Assembly: GCF_964204645.1 (NCBI RefSeq) | Contig: NC_134026.1 | Span: forward strand, 17,580,150 to 17,644,149 | Source: Tubulanus polymorphus | Lineage: Eukaryota; Animalia; Nemertea | Direction of reading: 5' to 3' | Length of the DNA: 64,000 bases | In this document: one piece after another, positions 54,001-64,000 of the stretch | Layout: every line of letters begins with the position of its first letter | Position numbering within the stretch: the stretch's first letter is position 1 | Position numbers and translations under genes: made by a program | The notes under the pieces: model-generated | The model's database searches: none | What the model was told of the DNA's origin: nothing | What the model saw: only the letters and a program-made list of their open reading frames with translations

Positions 54001-57000
54001 AAGTCAGTGGCGGCTATGCCAGCAGACCCATACGCCCTCTGTGAACACTAGGAAAGACTACGAAAAATTTGGTAAATGGCCCACCACATAAATTCCAGAA
54101 TACATTTCCATCAGAAACCGCGCCAAAAGCGATAAAACACGAGATCTACTACCAGGAAAATCTTGAGGGTGATACGTCTAGTAACGACAGAGCAGTCGGT
54201 ACAACAATTCGGTATTATTATATAAGATTATATAAGATTACCAAAACCGGCATATCGGACATCTGGATAGCCTTTTGCGTTATCTCTACAAGAGTTCCAG
54301 TCATCAAAAATGCTAACTTTCCTTCCTCTCACTACGGCGTATAGTTTCTCGGGTTTTCTTTTTCTTTTTTTTTTTAATAAATAAATTGTGAATTAAGTGA
54401 AGATTTAGTTCATTCATTTAGAGTTCTATTATCAATATTTTGTTCGTTCGTTTAGAGTACTATTATCTTTATCAAACTTGCCACTTTGTGCACGTCGGTC
54501 CCGATAAGCTCCCGCAGCGTGTAAAAGTATTTGTAGATTCCCAATTGGATACACTGGTTTAGAATGATTATCTTCAGTTTACATATACGACCGCCATCTT
54601 GAACAAAGGAAGTGTGTTGTAACCACAATCAATCTACTCATAACATAACCTATTATTGTGGCGAAATTAAGTGTCATTTGTTTATGTATTTCTTTACTAG
54701 GGGTGTTAAAACATATTTGTTGTCCTCAACTAGAATATGGAAACTGGTACATAAAACTCTATCTTGATATTGAATCTTCACTTATAGGTTGTGCCAAATA
54801 TGCAGCATGTGTTTGCCTACTTACCATTGCGGAGTTATGGTTTCCGATTCATAATACAAGGTACGTATACAAGTCAAACTTTTTAAGCCTGTGATTAAAA
54901 GCATAAACATGTATAACGACAGATATAAAGCCAAGAGACACCCGAATCAACATGTATTTGTAAACTTTACAACTCTAGCATATGCTAATTAATCTAAATG
55001 CCGGGTACTCCACCAGTTACTCCACCAGATCAGTTATTTTCTTGAGAAAAATCAACTATACGATACCAGTTAATTCTCTACATGTACTCAGGGATGAAAA
55101 TCTTCCGCGGAACCGCGGAAAAGGGCCCATTTTTATCATTCTTGAGATCAGTGCAAATCCGTTGAGAAATGGGGGGGGGGTGGTGGACTCTGTGACATTC
55201 TCTCTGAATCAGACATCGTTTGCGGTAACATAGGCCTACCGAACCGAACCGTAAAAGCGTTCTATTTTTATATCGCTACGATGTACGATCAGATTGTGTG
55301 TGTAAAGAAAATCAATAATCTCACGTGATAACTATTAGCGTGCGCGTATCACCGCGTCTACCTGTCTGTCTATTGTATTAAGCTTCCCGCGCCGTAGTTT
55401 TGTTTTGAATGCTGGGGTGCTATTAGCAGTTTGTTCGTCATGGGTCGTAAGATCATAGACAGGTGCTCTTCTGTAGACCCATCAGGGGGGGTTGATGAAG
55501 GATTAAAAAATCTGTGGAAATGGAATTGGTTAGAGACCGTTATCGATGATGTTCCCCTCGCTGAATGTATAAGAAAAATCAGCGTTGCTGGAAGAGCATT
55601 ATGCATCTGGTGCAACAGCGAAATAAACTATGGTGCACGGGGAAAGGTTGCCATTACTGATCACGTAAAAGCAAAAAAACAAAGATATAGATAAAGACAG
55701 AAGAAGTAATTACAAACTACCAGGTATGCCTCCTTTGTTTTTGAACAAAAAATTTTACCCAGTCGGTACCTTAGTTTGTTCTGTGGAAAAAATTTCTGCA
55801 GGAATCCCGGCTGCAGAATTTTATTTGCAGCTTTTAGATATGAAATTAGATCAAATAATTTGAGGCCTAGACATTCGGTCTAAGAATAAATAAAAACAGA
55901 CAATCGATTGAGTCCTCAATGTTTACCTTGCAGGGTCTTCAACATCACAACAGGAGAAAACGTATGGTCTTTGGCAAGCATTTAAAGATTCACCATCCAC
56001 TGTAAATGAGAGCAGTCGTCCGAAAGTTGAACCTTTCATTCCAGTGCAGGACCGGGTTCTTCATTCTGAGGCTATGCTGCTTGCATTCATTGCCGACAAA
56101 AACATGTCATTTAGCATTGTTCCGGATATGATAGATCTGATTAAAGCCTTATGTAATGACAGAAATGCCCTGTCGCACTTACAAATTTCCAGAGTTACAG
56201 CATCGTACAAAATGAAACATGGCTTGGCCAAGACATTTTCAGATCAGTTTAATGAAGAACTAAATGAGAACTTCTTCTCTCTCAACATCGATGAAGCAAC
56301 AAGTTTAAGTCTGAAAAAAGTTCTTTCTATTCTCGCCAGTTTTTATTCACCCGTCGAGAAAAAAATCGTGTTTCGTCATGTCTCTTCACTTGAGGTCATC
56401 TCAGCTAAAAGTGAAAGTATTTTTAACGAGGTCATTGACGAGTTGGACCGTCAGCAGATATCTTATGATCATTTAATGTCCGTTCTCGTTGATTCATGTA
56501 ATGTCATGCGTGGCTGCAGATCCGGGTTCGAGACCAGGTTGCGTGATAAGGTCCCTCACCTTCTAAACATCGACGGCGACTCGTCGCACCACGTACACAA
56601 TTCGTCAAAACAGTTTACCAATTGTTTTGATAAAGTGATCGAAAAGCTAATTACAGATCTGTACAATGATTTGAAATGGTCACCTGACTTGCGCGATGAT
56701 TACCTTCGTGAAATATGTTCTTTGTTAGGATTTAACTTCACGATGCCCGAAAGATATGTTGTTACCAGGTGGCTGTCTTTGCACGATGCCGCTGTTGATT
56801 TAGAACGTAAGTTAGAAGCCTACACAGTGTTCTACTTCGGTTTTTTGAATCCAGGTGATCGCGTTATATATCAAGCCCGTTGCGTAGAAATTTATCGGCG
56901 CTTGGGTATTTCAGAACCTGCACGAGATCGCATTAAAGAGATACAGTCAACTGTGTAAAAACAAGAAACTTACTGAGGACGGAAAAGCAAGAAAAAATCG

Positions 57001-60000
57001 AATTACCGATCGATTGTTTGTCGACCGAAAACGGACAGTTATGTACCTGAATTTCCTGATTTCAGTTTTGCTTGTTCTGAAAAAATACGTTCTGAAAGTT
57101 CAAAAGCGAGAGCCGTTGATACATAAGCTTATTGATGAACAAGTCAGTGTATTCCGGGAATTTCTCTGTTGCTTTATTCGGCCTGACAAGATCCCTGCCG
57201 ATGATCGAAAATTAGTTAGTATCGATTTTGATCTTTGTATGATGAAACCGAGTGAAATGTTTGTTGGAGACAAAGCCTCAAAACTTATCAGTGAGAATCC
57301 AAAAGATCCACTTGTCAATGAATTTTACGACAAAGTCAGAAAGGCCTACATCTCTTGTGCTAAATATTTGGCAAAGAAACTACCGCTTAACAGTAAGACA
57401 CTGTTACGTATAGCTGCAATTGATCCAGCATGTCGCGGTCATACCTTGACCTTGAAATATCTAAAGGATTTGCCAAATATAGCAACACATGTTCTGAATT
57501 CAGATGAGGTTGACAGCTACCAACTTGAGGTACACCGTTACACGGCTGACAAGACACTCCCAGAACCTATTTCTGACGAGTCAATACCGGTGCCTATAGA
57601 CAAATGGTGGTCGCACATGGCTAAAGCATATCCTTATCTTTCAAAAATGGTATTTGCGCTCCTAAGTTGCTTCACATGCCCACTAGTTGAAAGTTCATTC
57701 AGCGAAATGTCGAATATTGTGGATACTACATCCAACCGGTTGAATACATCAACATACAGTGCCTTACAGACAGTGAAGTATTCGTTGGCTGGAAAGTCGG
57801 CTGTGGATTTTTTCAATAGAAATGACATTCGCCGCGATCCCATCCGTCCCACGGGTTTGAATGTAAACATGGCTTCAGCTGCACAAGTTTATAAGCAAGA
57901 ACTCGAAGAAACAAAAGAAAAGCGGGAATCTCATTTAAAAGCGATCCAAGCACGGAAAACTGAAACAATCTAAAAACGAAAAGCAAGAGAATCGAATATC
58001 GAGACAGCGAAAAGAGCTAGGATCGTTCATGCAGCAGCCGCCCAGGCCAAAGCCAAAAGGGCTGATCGAAATGAGATTCTTCAGAAATTAGCAGAGAAGT
58101 GTCGGCGGTATAGTAGAAATTGAATTGTTGCTCGGCTTACATTCTTTGTCCTTAACCTGTAATTCATGGCTATAATTCGTGTATGTTTTGTTAGAACTAT
58201 CATTTTCCGTTGTAAGTGAAAATAGTTTCAGAACGAGAGATGGTTAAACTGGACTCTTAAACGAGTTTAATCTAAATTGTTTGAAAGTTTACGGTTAAAC
58301 TGATTCCTGCGTGATCTGGATCCCGTGTGATTGTAATACTGTATAATATGGCAAATTAAATAGTTTAATATCTCTTCTTGTGTGTTGAAATAATAAAACT
58401 CAAAAAGATACCCTTATCGGATTATCATTGTGTCATTGGTTTGTGTCCAGGAGTGAATTTCAGAATCCGTAACTTAATAATTCAGAGGCCCCCTTTTCTT
58501 AGCCGAGGAAATGAGAATCGCTATTCCATTAGCAATGGACCGCGCCGGCGTTGAAATAAGAATTCCCGAGTACCGACTGTTAGCGCCACTGTGTTCTCTT
58601 GCCTTAACATAACATGCCTCAGTACCGACTGCTAGCGCCACTGTGTTCACATGCCTTATCATAATGATGCCTCAGTACTGACTGCTAGCGCCACTGCGTT
58701 CAGTACGGCGATCGCTTTTCAATTAGGAATAATATATCGTCAGTGAATTATTGAATGTTTTCCAGTAGGTTATATAGTGTAAAGGTAAATTCATAATGTT
58801 TAAAAATTTCCGCGGATTTCAATACCTCCTGTTTTCATCCCTGTGTACTAAGTGTTGTTCATTCCCTATCACTACTTAGTAAAATAATGTTCCTCACACC
58901 TTTGTGCTATTATAGTTTTGATTTTTGTGTTTACTGGTACCCTTTATTGTTGTACTGTCAGATTTGTTTATTTAGTTTCTGTCACTTCACATCTGTGAAT
59001 GCATTAGAAGTTTCTAAATTGGTTCTTTCTGTTCTCTGGTCACAATTCTAGTACATGTATAATGTATTCTACAAGAGATGACTTATGAAAATCTGGCCCA
59101 ATCAGTTTCCCGAATGCTGACTGGCTGCCATTTTTTCGTCATTACACTATTTCGTTGAGTACTGTTTGCACATAATGAAGTTTTCAAGGGTAATTTTGAA
59201 GAAGTCTTGATCCATTTTCTTGATGTTGCATATGTATCCCCCTAGGGTCCATCATCATACAAGCAATTGGGTCAATCAGACGCAAATGGTTGTCCTGTGA
59301 CCTTTCTCGGCCTGAATTACCAGTCTGTAGCTTGCTTAAGGTTTGCAATTTTTACATGAAATAGCAATGGGTATAGTGTGATAATGTGAGAAGAGATCTT
59401 TGACAGATTTTTTAATCAGTTGATTTTTTCTCAATTAGTAGCCATCTTAAGTCCCAAAATTCCATGGGAATTTCTTGAATTTCTCATGCATTCTATACAC
59501 CATAAATGACAATTTATTTTCTTGAAACCCTAGAGTTGTGATAGGCTAGGTCTATCGATTCTACCTATTGAAAATCATGTAGCTCTTTCAGGATGGCTTC
59601 ATAACTTTTAACATAACTGGGTGACATATATGGCAATCCATCATTTTTAGTTTATCACCAACTAACCCCTTCAGCGTATCTATCCTGCTATGCAGCGTAT
59701 ATTTCACCCACCCTATTTGGCAAGCACCCCAAAATTGTTCATAAGTTGAAATCTATTGAGATATGTCAGCACCTATTAAACAATGTCAAATATTGGTACC
59801 TTTAACTTATGAGACGCAATATGGTGGTATATCTGTTATTTTCAAAAATTCTCAAATTTTCCCTTGCAATATAGGGAGGGAAACTGTTAGCAGGTAAAAG
59901 GTTTAACACGGTTTTGAGTGTTAGCTCCACCACCAGTACTGTATAATGATAAATGGATTGATTTTTATGTAGGTGACTTCGACGTTCCATCTTCCCGAGA

Positions 60001-63000
60001 AGATGTTGATCGTGATAGTTCATGGAACCAATGGCTCAGAAATGAGATTCCTGAACTTTTTATTGAGGCTTTGGAGTCGTTCAAGGTAAACTGTACTTTT
60101 AAAATACCTTGTTTTTCAGAGGGCACAGAGGGATCTTTTTAGCTATGAAAATATTAGCTTATCGTACTTGGTAACATCCTATGTTACTATGCAGTATCTC
60201 AACAAGTCCATGTCATGCTTTATGAATCCAATTTGTAAGAAAAGCCTCGAGTCAAAATGACCAGGACCCAGTTCCATAGTTCTGGGGTAGGTTTTACTTG
60301 AATTTAACTTGAAAATGATTTCAACTCTGAATTGAACTCACAGTTGTTGAACAGGATTCAGGAGTGTTAAATTCTTTATCGTGCGAACACAGGATTTTTT
60401 AGGACTTTTGTGTTAGTGAAGTCCATATTGTCCAATTTATGATTTATTGAATTAGTGCTTTGTGCAAGCTAAAAATATTTCTATGAAGCATTTTATTTCT
60501 GATAAAGTATAAGTAATCCATTTTTATCGATGTTACTGGGTTCAGCATATCGACACACATCTTCCTTGTTTGGTTTGCTGCAGATATTAGCAAGCAAGTA
60601 TCCACGTGTATGACTGCAATATCAAAAACTGTTTTACTTCCGGGGGTTTTATTTCGTGATGGAAAATGGATTTTAAATTTCTACTGCGTGAAATCTTTAG
60701 TTATTTTGATTTTTGGTTGGACTTTATCTGCACTACAGAAACGTTGACACTTGTGCAAATTTGGGGGGAGGTGAAAAAATATTTTACTCAAATCAGCACT
60801 AGGCATCGATGACCTTGATTTAGCCATTGCAGATTCAATCAAATTTCTTTCAGCAAACATAAATCCAATTTAATTTTATTGAATCTGAAAAAAATAAAGA
60901 ACTGCTTATTCAGAGGGGAGTTGGTTATTAATGAGTTTCCTGTAAATGTTCACCCAATTTTTCTATAATTTCAGGTTTTGGCATCAGGTGTTGATGATGT
61001 CAGAGCAGTTATGAGATACTTACAGTTTGTACCATTGGAAGAGGAAATTGTGGATCCGTTCTTTCACCCACTTGCTACTCAAATCCATCAAAAGCTTAGG
61101 GGTAGACCATGTCTTCCTACACAGCCTAATGCTAGTAGGTAGCATTTCGTTTGTACAACGGTGCTATATTTATCATGTGAAATAGCTATTTTTCATTGTC
61201 ACTCTGATTTACAGACCAAGAAATTGAATGGAAATTACCATCGCAGATGGTCATATGCCCAGATCTATTGGTACATGAAGTAATTACTCCTACTTTGCTG
61301 CTTCAACACTTGGGATTGTCGTATTTACACGCGGACGTGTCTTCTCTCATATCATCTGCAATGTTACTTAGCCTTGGAGTCCAAATGTTGTCAAGTCAAC
61401 ATATACTTGACATCGGAAAGTCAATCGCTCAACAATGGGAGAAGAAAGACAGCTTCACTGAAGGTCTGTACACGCATGGCCTATGACCAAAAAAATAACA
61501 TGTCCATGTGTCATTTAAAAGTACTGCAGTTAAATTTCTCGCTTTTCTTCGCAAGTTCTTAAAACTTTTTTGTTGAACATTCTTTGCACTGAGGCTATAT
61601 TTACCATGAATGAATAAGCACGTGCAATTAGGTAGTTGTAATACTTGTAATACTATACTGTGTTGTAATACTAGACTGTGTGTCCTGCAGGTACATGCAC
61701 AGGTTTGCCGCAGGTACATGCGCAAGTTTGCCACAAGAAAACTTAACGGCAGCATTCTGATTGCTCGTAAAATCGCTGAGGGATATCTGGTAATGACATA
61801 ATCCTAGCTGCACATGAAGCTGCACGCTTGGGCTATACTATTGTGGCAAGGTTTTTGGTTTACCTTTGTCAGCGATATGAAGTTGGCATTGAGCCAATTC
61901 ATGTAAAATCGCGGTACGTTTTTTTATGTGAGCATTTGTTTCATTGGTTCTCGGCTTAAACGACGTATTATCGATGCAATTGAAGACATGGCGAAACTCC
62001 GTCGATGACATGGTCAACATTGTTAAAATTCTACGAAAAACTGTTTTTGGCGGTAAAATTCTTAGCTCTCGCGTATAAAATTGCAATGACCTCGATTGGG
62101 GGGGGGCGTTGTCTCTACGATCAAATGTGATTGGCTGTTTTTGGGATATACGGGGAATTCCGGCGCTACTGAAATAATTATGGGAAAGCCATAGAATGGC
62201 GAATGTTTCATTGGACTAGGTGCCGTATACGTGCAAATTTCAAATGCTCATTGCTGGTGAGAATGTAATTATTCTCCGCCATAGGTATTGTTTCATTTTA
62301 ATACCCGGTGATTGATTTGATTGACATTGAAGTGTAAGCGAACATTCACTTACACAAGGCCTCCACATGCGCGCGGAAATCATTAGATTGGACTGTTGCA
62401 CACACAAACACACGCCCGTACAGTATACACTACTATAGTGATACTGTAACGCTGCTTGCTGGCGCGTCTGACATTTCATCAGCAGAAGAGCGCTGTGTTT
62501 TCTGTTTGATAGAATTTGTAATAAATTGTAATTTCTTTTGACCTGAAAATACTAAGCAGCAAACTATAGCTATAAGTCGAGGTCTGAATATTGTAGTGGT
62601 AAATTCCAGGATTTAAAATGATCTAATACGCCGATTTCTTACTGCACCGGTCCGCGGCCATACTTACAGCCACCCTCTGATATGTGACATCATATGAATT
62701 TTATTTGAATATTTTTTCATATTATGAAAAAATATTTCTTTGAAAATATAAAATAGTTTCCATGCCGCGCCTACCTGTACCCTACGAAATTTTGGATGTG
62801 GACCATAAACAAATGTATATCTTTGGTCTTATTTGACTACAAAATAATCCTTTAAGAAAGATAAAATACAATATTTAAACTTGTAGAACTTCGAAGTCAC
62901 AAATTAAAAAGATTTTTCAAGCAATGCCCTTACCCCAAACAACCTCTAGCTTTCAAGGTAAACCACACTTTGCCCATGGGCAATTTATTGTACCTCGGCT

Positions 63001-63837
63001 AGTCTCGATGCCATCAGGTTCAATTCAGTGAGGATGACAGGGACTGTTATGAGCTAGTATGGCATGATTAATAAACAGTGCAGCACCCATTGTTGTATAT
63101 TTATTTGTGCAGTGACGGTTTAACGGATACTATTTTACATAAGCAGTGCTAATGGACCCCCAAAATAGTGATGATTAAAGCAAAATGACAATTATGAATG
63201 ACGAATTAACCATAGAAACGTTAAGGAAATAAAGAAACGTTTATCTTTTCTTCGTTTATGTTTACAGATGATATAGTCAGTCTCGCCAAATGGTTGGTGT
63301 GTATTCATCGTAGTTTGGATGAGTTTCAAGATAATTCGACAATTCTTAATCAGATTCGGGCAATGAAGATATTTCCGCTCACCTGCGGGCGGCTCATATC
63401 GCTAGCCTCTGGAACTGTGTTCTTTCCTCAGATGGCTGGGAAAGATTCCAATGCAAAATCGAAACCTAGTCGAAGGTGCACTTATGGAGGTAAACTTTTG
63501 GGCAAAGCATCGAACCTGATCAATCAACTTAGTACTGGATATAATATATCATATACGGGCCTAACATAACATAACATATCGTATAAAATATACGAAATTT
63601 TACAAATCTATGAATATACCGTAAAATAAGCCTGTTGCATTTTCAACTCATACATTTATCTTCGCAGATTATCCCCCAGATGTAAGCATTCTAAACCTGG
63701 CGATATTGTCATGTCTTGATGAAGTAGCTAATCCACAGATAAAAAGAATGCTTGAAGAACTCGGCGTCAAACATCTGAATGCACCAGATGTTATAAATCA
63801 TCACATTGTGCCTATACTTAAGTCAGACATTTGGAAG
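16410..63837 (+). CDS. Multi-exon host gene, NO VEIN (NOV)/sacsin-like GHKL (HATPase_c) protein; partial (5' exon(s) uncertain, 3' end beyond window)
   Basis: Manually spliced GT-AG exons, all phase-compatible: 16410-18076, 19444-19912, 20169-20350, 20569-20700, 21267-21430, 21517-21716, 23932-24162, 24625-24734, 24817-25023, 25251-25398, 26226-26517, 29957-30198, 41747-41903, 42700-42844, 47054-47185, 47418-47495, 54788-54860, 59973-60085, 60975-61134, 61215-61463, 63268-63489, 63668-63837. Motifs LSRDLYTRDTHFVLELIQNADDN, NNECGF, ALCDVGNSTK, YIG|QKGIGFKSVF, PSLLLFLHRLRSL and VFAYLPLRSYGFRFIIQG|DFDVPSSREDVD..WNQWL are characteristic of NOV/sacsin-like ATPases. Confidence 0.88.
18092..19390 (+). 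mobile_element. HINE family A, full-length copy filling most of an intron
   Basis: tttttagcccacttgggac..., gtccgtc microsatellite, four ~154-bp repeats, cccaagtgggc...gacccctagtt; it is the reverse complement of 3168-4448. Confidence 0.85.
22690..23481 (+). mobile_element. Internally deleted RTE-X-like LINE 3' fragment with (TTGAA)n tail
   Basis: FDTLVTPILFYGCESW; ALSRLRVSAHPPLIERGRH; DRLCTICREVETEFHFIMVC; ataaataaatattgaattgaattgaatt. Confidence 0.85.
26718..29210 (+). mobile_element. Decayed CR1/L2-group LINE: 2A-like peptide, PHD remnant, APE endonuclease, RT
   Basis: VYRKDRSSLGGGVF; EPTRDDKILDLVFTNNP..PGLSDHDMV; HGFRVGHSCETQL; VPHDKLLHKLSHYGI; SGVPQCTVLGPLLF..IND; RLFADEC; MKFNAKKC. It is flanked by gaatt (26713-26717 and 29211-29215) inside an older family-B-related repeat. 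Confidence 0.88.
29957..30198 (+). CDS. NOV-like gene exon with GHKL motifs I/II (ELIQNADD; NNECGF; DVGNSTK)
   Basis: ttacag|attgtc ... attg|gtaggt; the phase joins exon 26226-26517 to exon 41747-41903. Confidence 0.9.
31033..31207. mobile_element. Tc1/mariner(pogo)-type MITE inside Academ
   Basis: ta|cagtcaacccccgatat ... atattggggggttcact-like inverted end; the right end is decayed. Confidence 0.55.
31311..35720 (-). pseudogene. Academ polyprotein (about 1450 codons): transposase, XPG/FEN1-like nuclease, C-terminal Cys8 (CXC) finger; broken by stops and frameshifts
   Basis: ORFs 34827-35504, 33747-34823, 32898-33737, 32312-32944, 31593-32321 and 31311-31577 form one collinear protein: LGHAISYD, FDNLDF..DG.TFHGT, TADQKIY, RLGGFH, AERSGDW..HL, GHTNY, DLGLEQ; IIDAMA, GDRY, HEEEDT, DTDI, TGCDSVS; CKC...CTKNCSC......C...C.C. 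Confidence 0.88.
35810..36400. repeat. 57-bp minisatellite (about 10 copies) upstream of the Academ ORF
   Basis: Unit tgggctagacatttaagcgctgaaatatcaatgaaaatttgggcataggttcccctc; anchors at 35934 and 35991 are 57 bp apart. Confidence 0.95.
36676..37023. mobile_element. Tourist/Harbinger-type MITE inside Academ
   Basis: taa|agcctagcgcacatcgacactgcgattggagacaact ... agttgtctccaatcgcagtgtcgatgtgcgctaggct|taa; TIR of about 40 bp and TAA TSD. Confidence 0.9.
38410..39077 (+). mobile_element. 3' half of a HINE family A (four central repeats, subTIR and terminus)
   Basis: ~154-bp repeats, ending cccaagtgggcatggtgtccctggacccctagtt. A lone 5' end lies at 30228-30250. Confidence 0.8.
39880..40597. mobile_element. 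hAT-type MITE with 6-bp TSD, related to the 55089 element
   Basis: aattgt|cagagatgagaa ... ttctcatccctg|aattgt; subterminal ccgcgg repeats. Confidence 0.85.
40683..40966. mobile_element. piggyBac-type MITE (decayed relatives at about 41318-41485 and 59663-59907)
   Basis: ttaa|ccctttc ... gaaaggg|ttaa; internal repeated tacac(c/t)gc..tgcggtgta palindromes. Confidence 0.85.
41747..41903 (+). CDS. NOV-like gene exon with GHKL motif III (GQKGIGFKSVF); absent from ORF track
   Basis: ttatag|gt cag aaa ggc att ggt ttc aag tca gtt ttc ... aa|gtaagc. Confidence 0.9.
42954..43727 (+). mobile_element. HINE-like element family C, copy 1 (~145-bp central repeats)
   Basis: tttttatgccc...gggc 5' hairpin, repeats gttaacagcctagaggccgcaattg...tatggccaccagggg, and 3' ggccgggggtattc...ttctagt. 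Confidence 0.7.
43730..45410 (+). mobile_element. HINE-like element family C, copy 2, interrupted by a hAT MITE
   Basis: tttttatgcccccggc..gggggcata 5' end, ctgtctgt, repeat anchors at 43812 and 43957 (145 bp), 3' subTIR gccgggggcat at about 45384. Confidence 0.75.
44044..45265. mobile_element. Non-autonomous hAT-type element with 6-bp TSD
   Basis: ctattt|cagggctgccaacc ... ggttggcagccctg|ctattt; 14-bp perfect TIR. Confidence 0.9.
45664..45928. repeat. Perfect ~99-bp direct repeat pair within an unclassified insertion (about 45435-45985)
   Basis: acctgcgacaaacaatatttc...gaatgaccacac occurs at 45664 and 45830. Confidence 0.85.
45985..46260 (-). mobile_element. L2/CR1-group LINE 3' fragment
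   Basis: RKRIEFKI...RPSRCLRS...GKRASASAAPTLWNNLP on the minus strand. Confidence 0.7.
47780..48982. mobile_element. Non-autonomous hAT-type element with 6-bp TSD
   Basis: agagga|cagtgcttcatctagc ... gctagatgaagcactg|agagga; 16-bp perfect TIR and subterminal agggc(a) repeats. Confidence 0.9.
48538..48696. mobile_element. 159-bp Harbinger-type MITE with CTG TSD
   Basis: ctg|ggccaccttcggtt ... aaccgaatttggcc|ctg; internal tagtcga(c/a)cta palindromes. Confidence 0.75.
49942..52170 (+). mobile_element. 2.2-kb HINE-like element (family B), copy 2, with intact ends
   Basis: tttttaggccagccgtaggctg 5' subTIR/hairpin matches 3' ggctggcc; terminal hairpin gccccttggggc then tcttgtt; near-identical to 12470-14699. 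Confidence 0.85.
52760..53445 (-). mobile_element. 5' fragment of a LINE: ORF1 with PHD finger
   Basis: ORF 52862-53260 CPFC....MIECACCHNWVHYSSPNLPTYQL....RKFQCACC is a decayed C4HC3 PHD of the type found in CR1/L2/RTE-X ORF1 proteins. Confidence 0.65.
54788..54860 (+). CDS. 73-bp NOV-like exon VVPNMQHVFAYLPLRSYGFRFIIQ(G)
   Basis: cttatag|gtt ... caag|gtacgt; supplies the phase 0 to phase 1 bridge required between 47495 and 59973. Confidence 0.88.
55089..58843 (+). mobile_element. Full-length hAT-superfamily transposon with 6-bp TSD (hAT6-like)
   Basis: tgtact|cagggatgaaaa ... ttttcatccctg|tgtact; subterminal ccgcgg motifs; internal transposase gene. Confidence 0.92.
55440..58123 (+). pseudogene. 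hAT transposase (exons 55440-55723, 55934-58123) with frameshifts and a premature stop
   Basis: BED-like finger WKWNWL..ALCIWC..INY......DH; FSLNIDEAT; VDSCNVMRG; DGDSSHHVHN; TRWL; IDKWW....YPYL; VESSFS (dimerisation region). Confidence 0.9.
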
Positions 63838-63970
63838 GTATGTGATTATAAGAGAAGTCAGAAATTTTCAAAATCTAACAGTGTCTAAACATGAATTTAG
63901 GAGAGAGTTGAGAACTTGGGAATGAATCATGTATGAATTCAATTGATGTTGCTATTATGTACTAGCATGC

Positions 63971-64000
63971 TTTTTAGCCGACTTGGGACTTAGGCCTAAC
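63971..64000 (+). mobile_element. 5' end of another HINE family A copy (runs off the window)
   Basis: tttttagccgacttgggactt matches the family-A 5' subTIR. Confidence 0.6.

Noticed and set aside
53955-54065. Twister or hammerhead ribozyme (TAA-GGCA-GC..; CTGACGA)
   Set aside because: The required pseudoknot residues, or a helix II closed by GAAA, are missing. It is kept only as a low-interest structured island.
647-63888. Most short ORFs (60-130 aa) in the ORF track as independent genes
   Set aside because: They are antisense or alternate frames of exons and TE genes, or chance ORFs in repeats with non-ATG starts, and show no recognisable motifs.

Overview
AT-rich, intron-rich eukaryotic DNA, most likely an invertebrate animal; the species cannot be identified from this window. 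One long + strand host gene dominates. It encodes a NO VEIN (NOV)/sacsin-like GHKL ATPase protein, and 22 phase-consistent GT-AG exons could be assembled from 16410 to 63837, with the gene continuing past the window. Most of the remainder is nested, largely decayed transposable elements: two Penelope-like retroelements (one with a minimal hammerhead ribozyme), several LINE fragments (one CR1-type with a 2A-like peptide), a two-gene PIF/Harbinger, a 7.6-kb AcademX element (transposase, XPG nuclease, Cys8), a hAT and three related MITEs all with 6-bp target duplications, piggyBac/Kolobok/Harbinger-type MITEs, and many non-autonomous Helentron-like (HINE/DINE-1-type) elements. The most notable observations are: (1) the nucleosome-length tandem repeats inside two HINE families each carry a near-consensus CTCF motif; (2) a duplicated 2.2-kb HINE carries a promoter-like cassette; (3) the NOV-like protein has LOTUS/winged-helix-like repeats; (4) intronic HINEs are all in sense orientation. 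All family assignments come from motif recognition by eye, with no database search.
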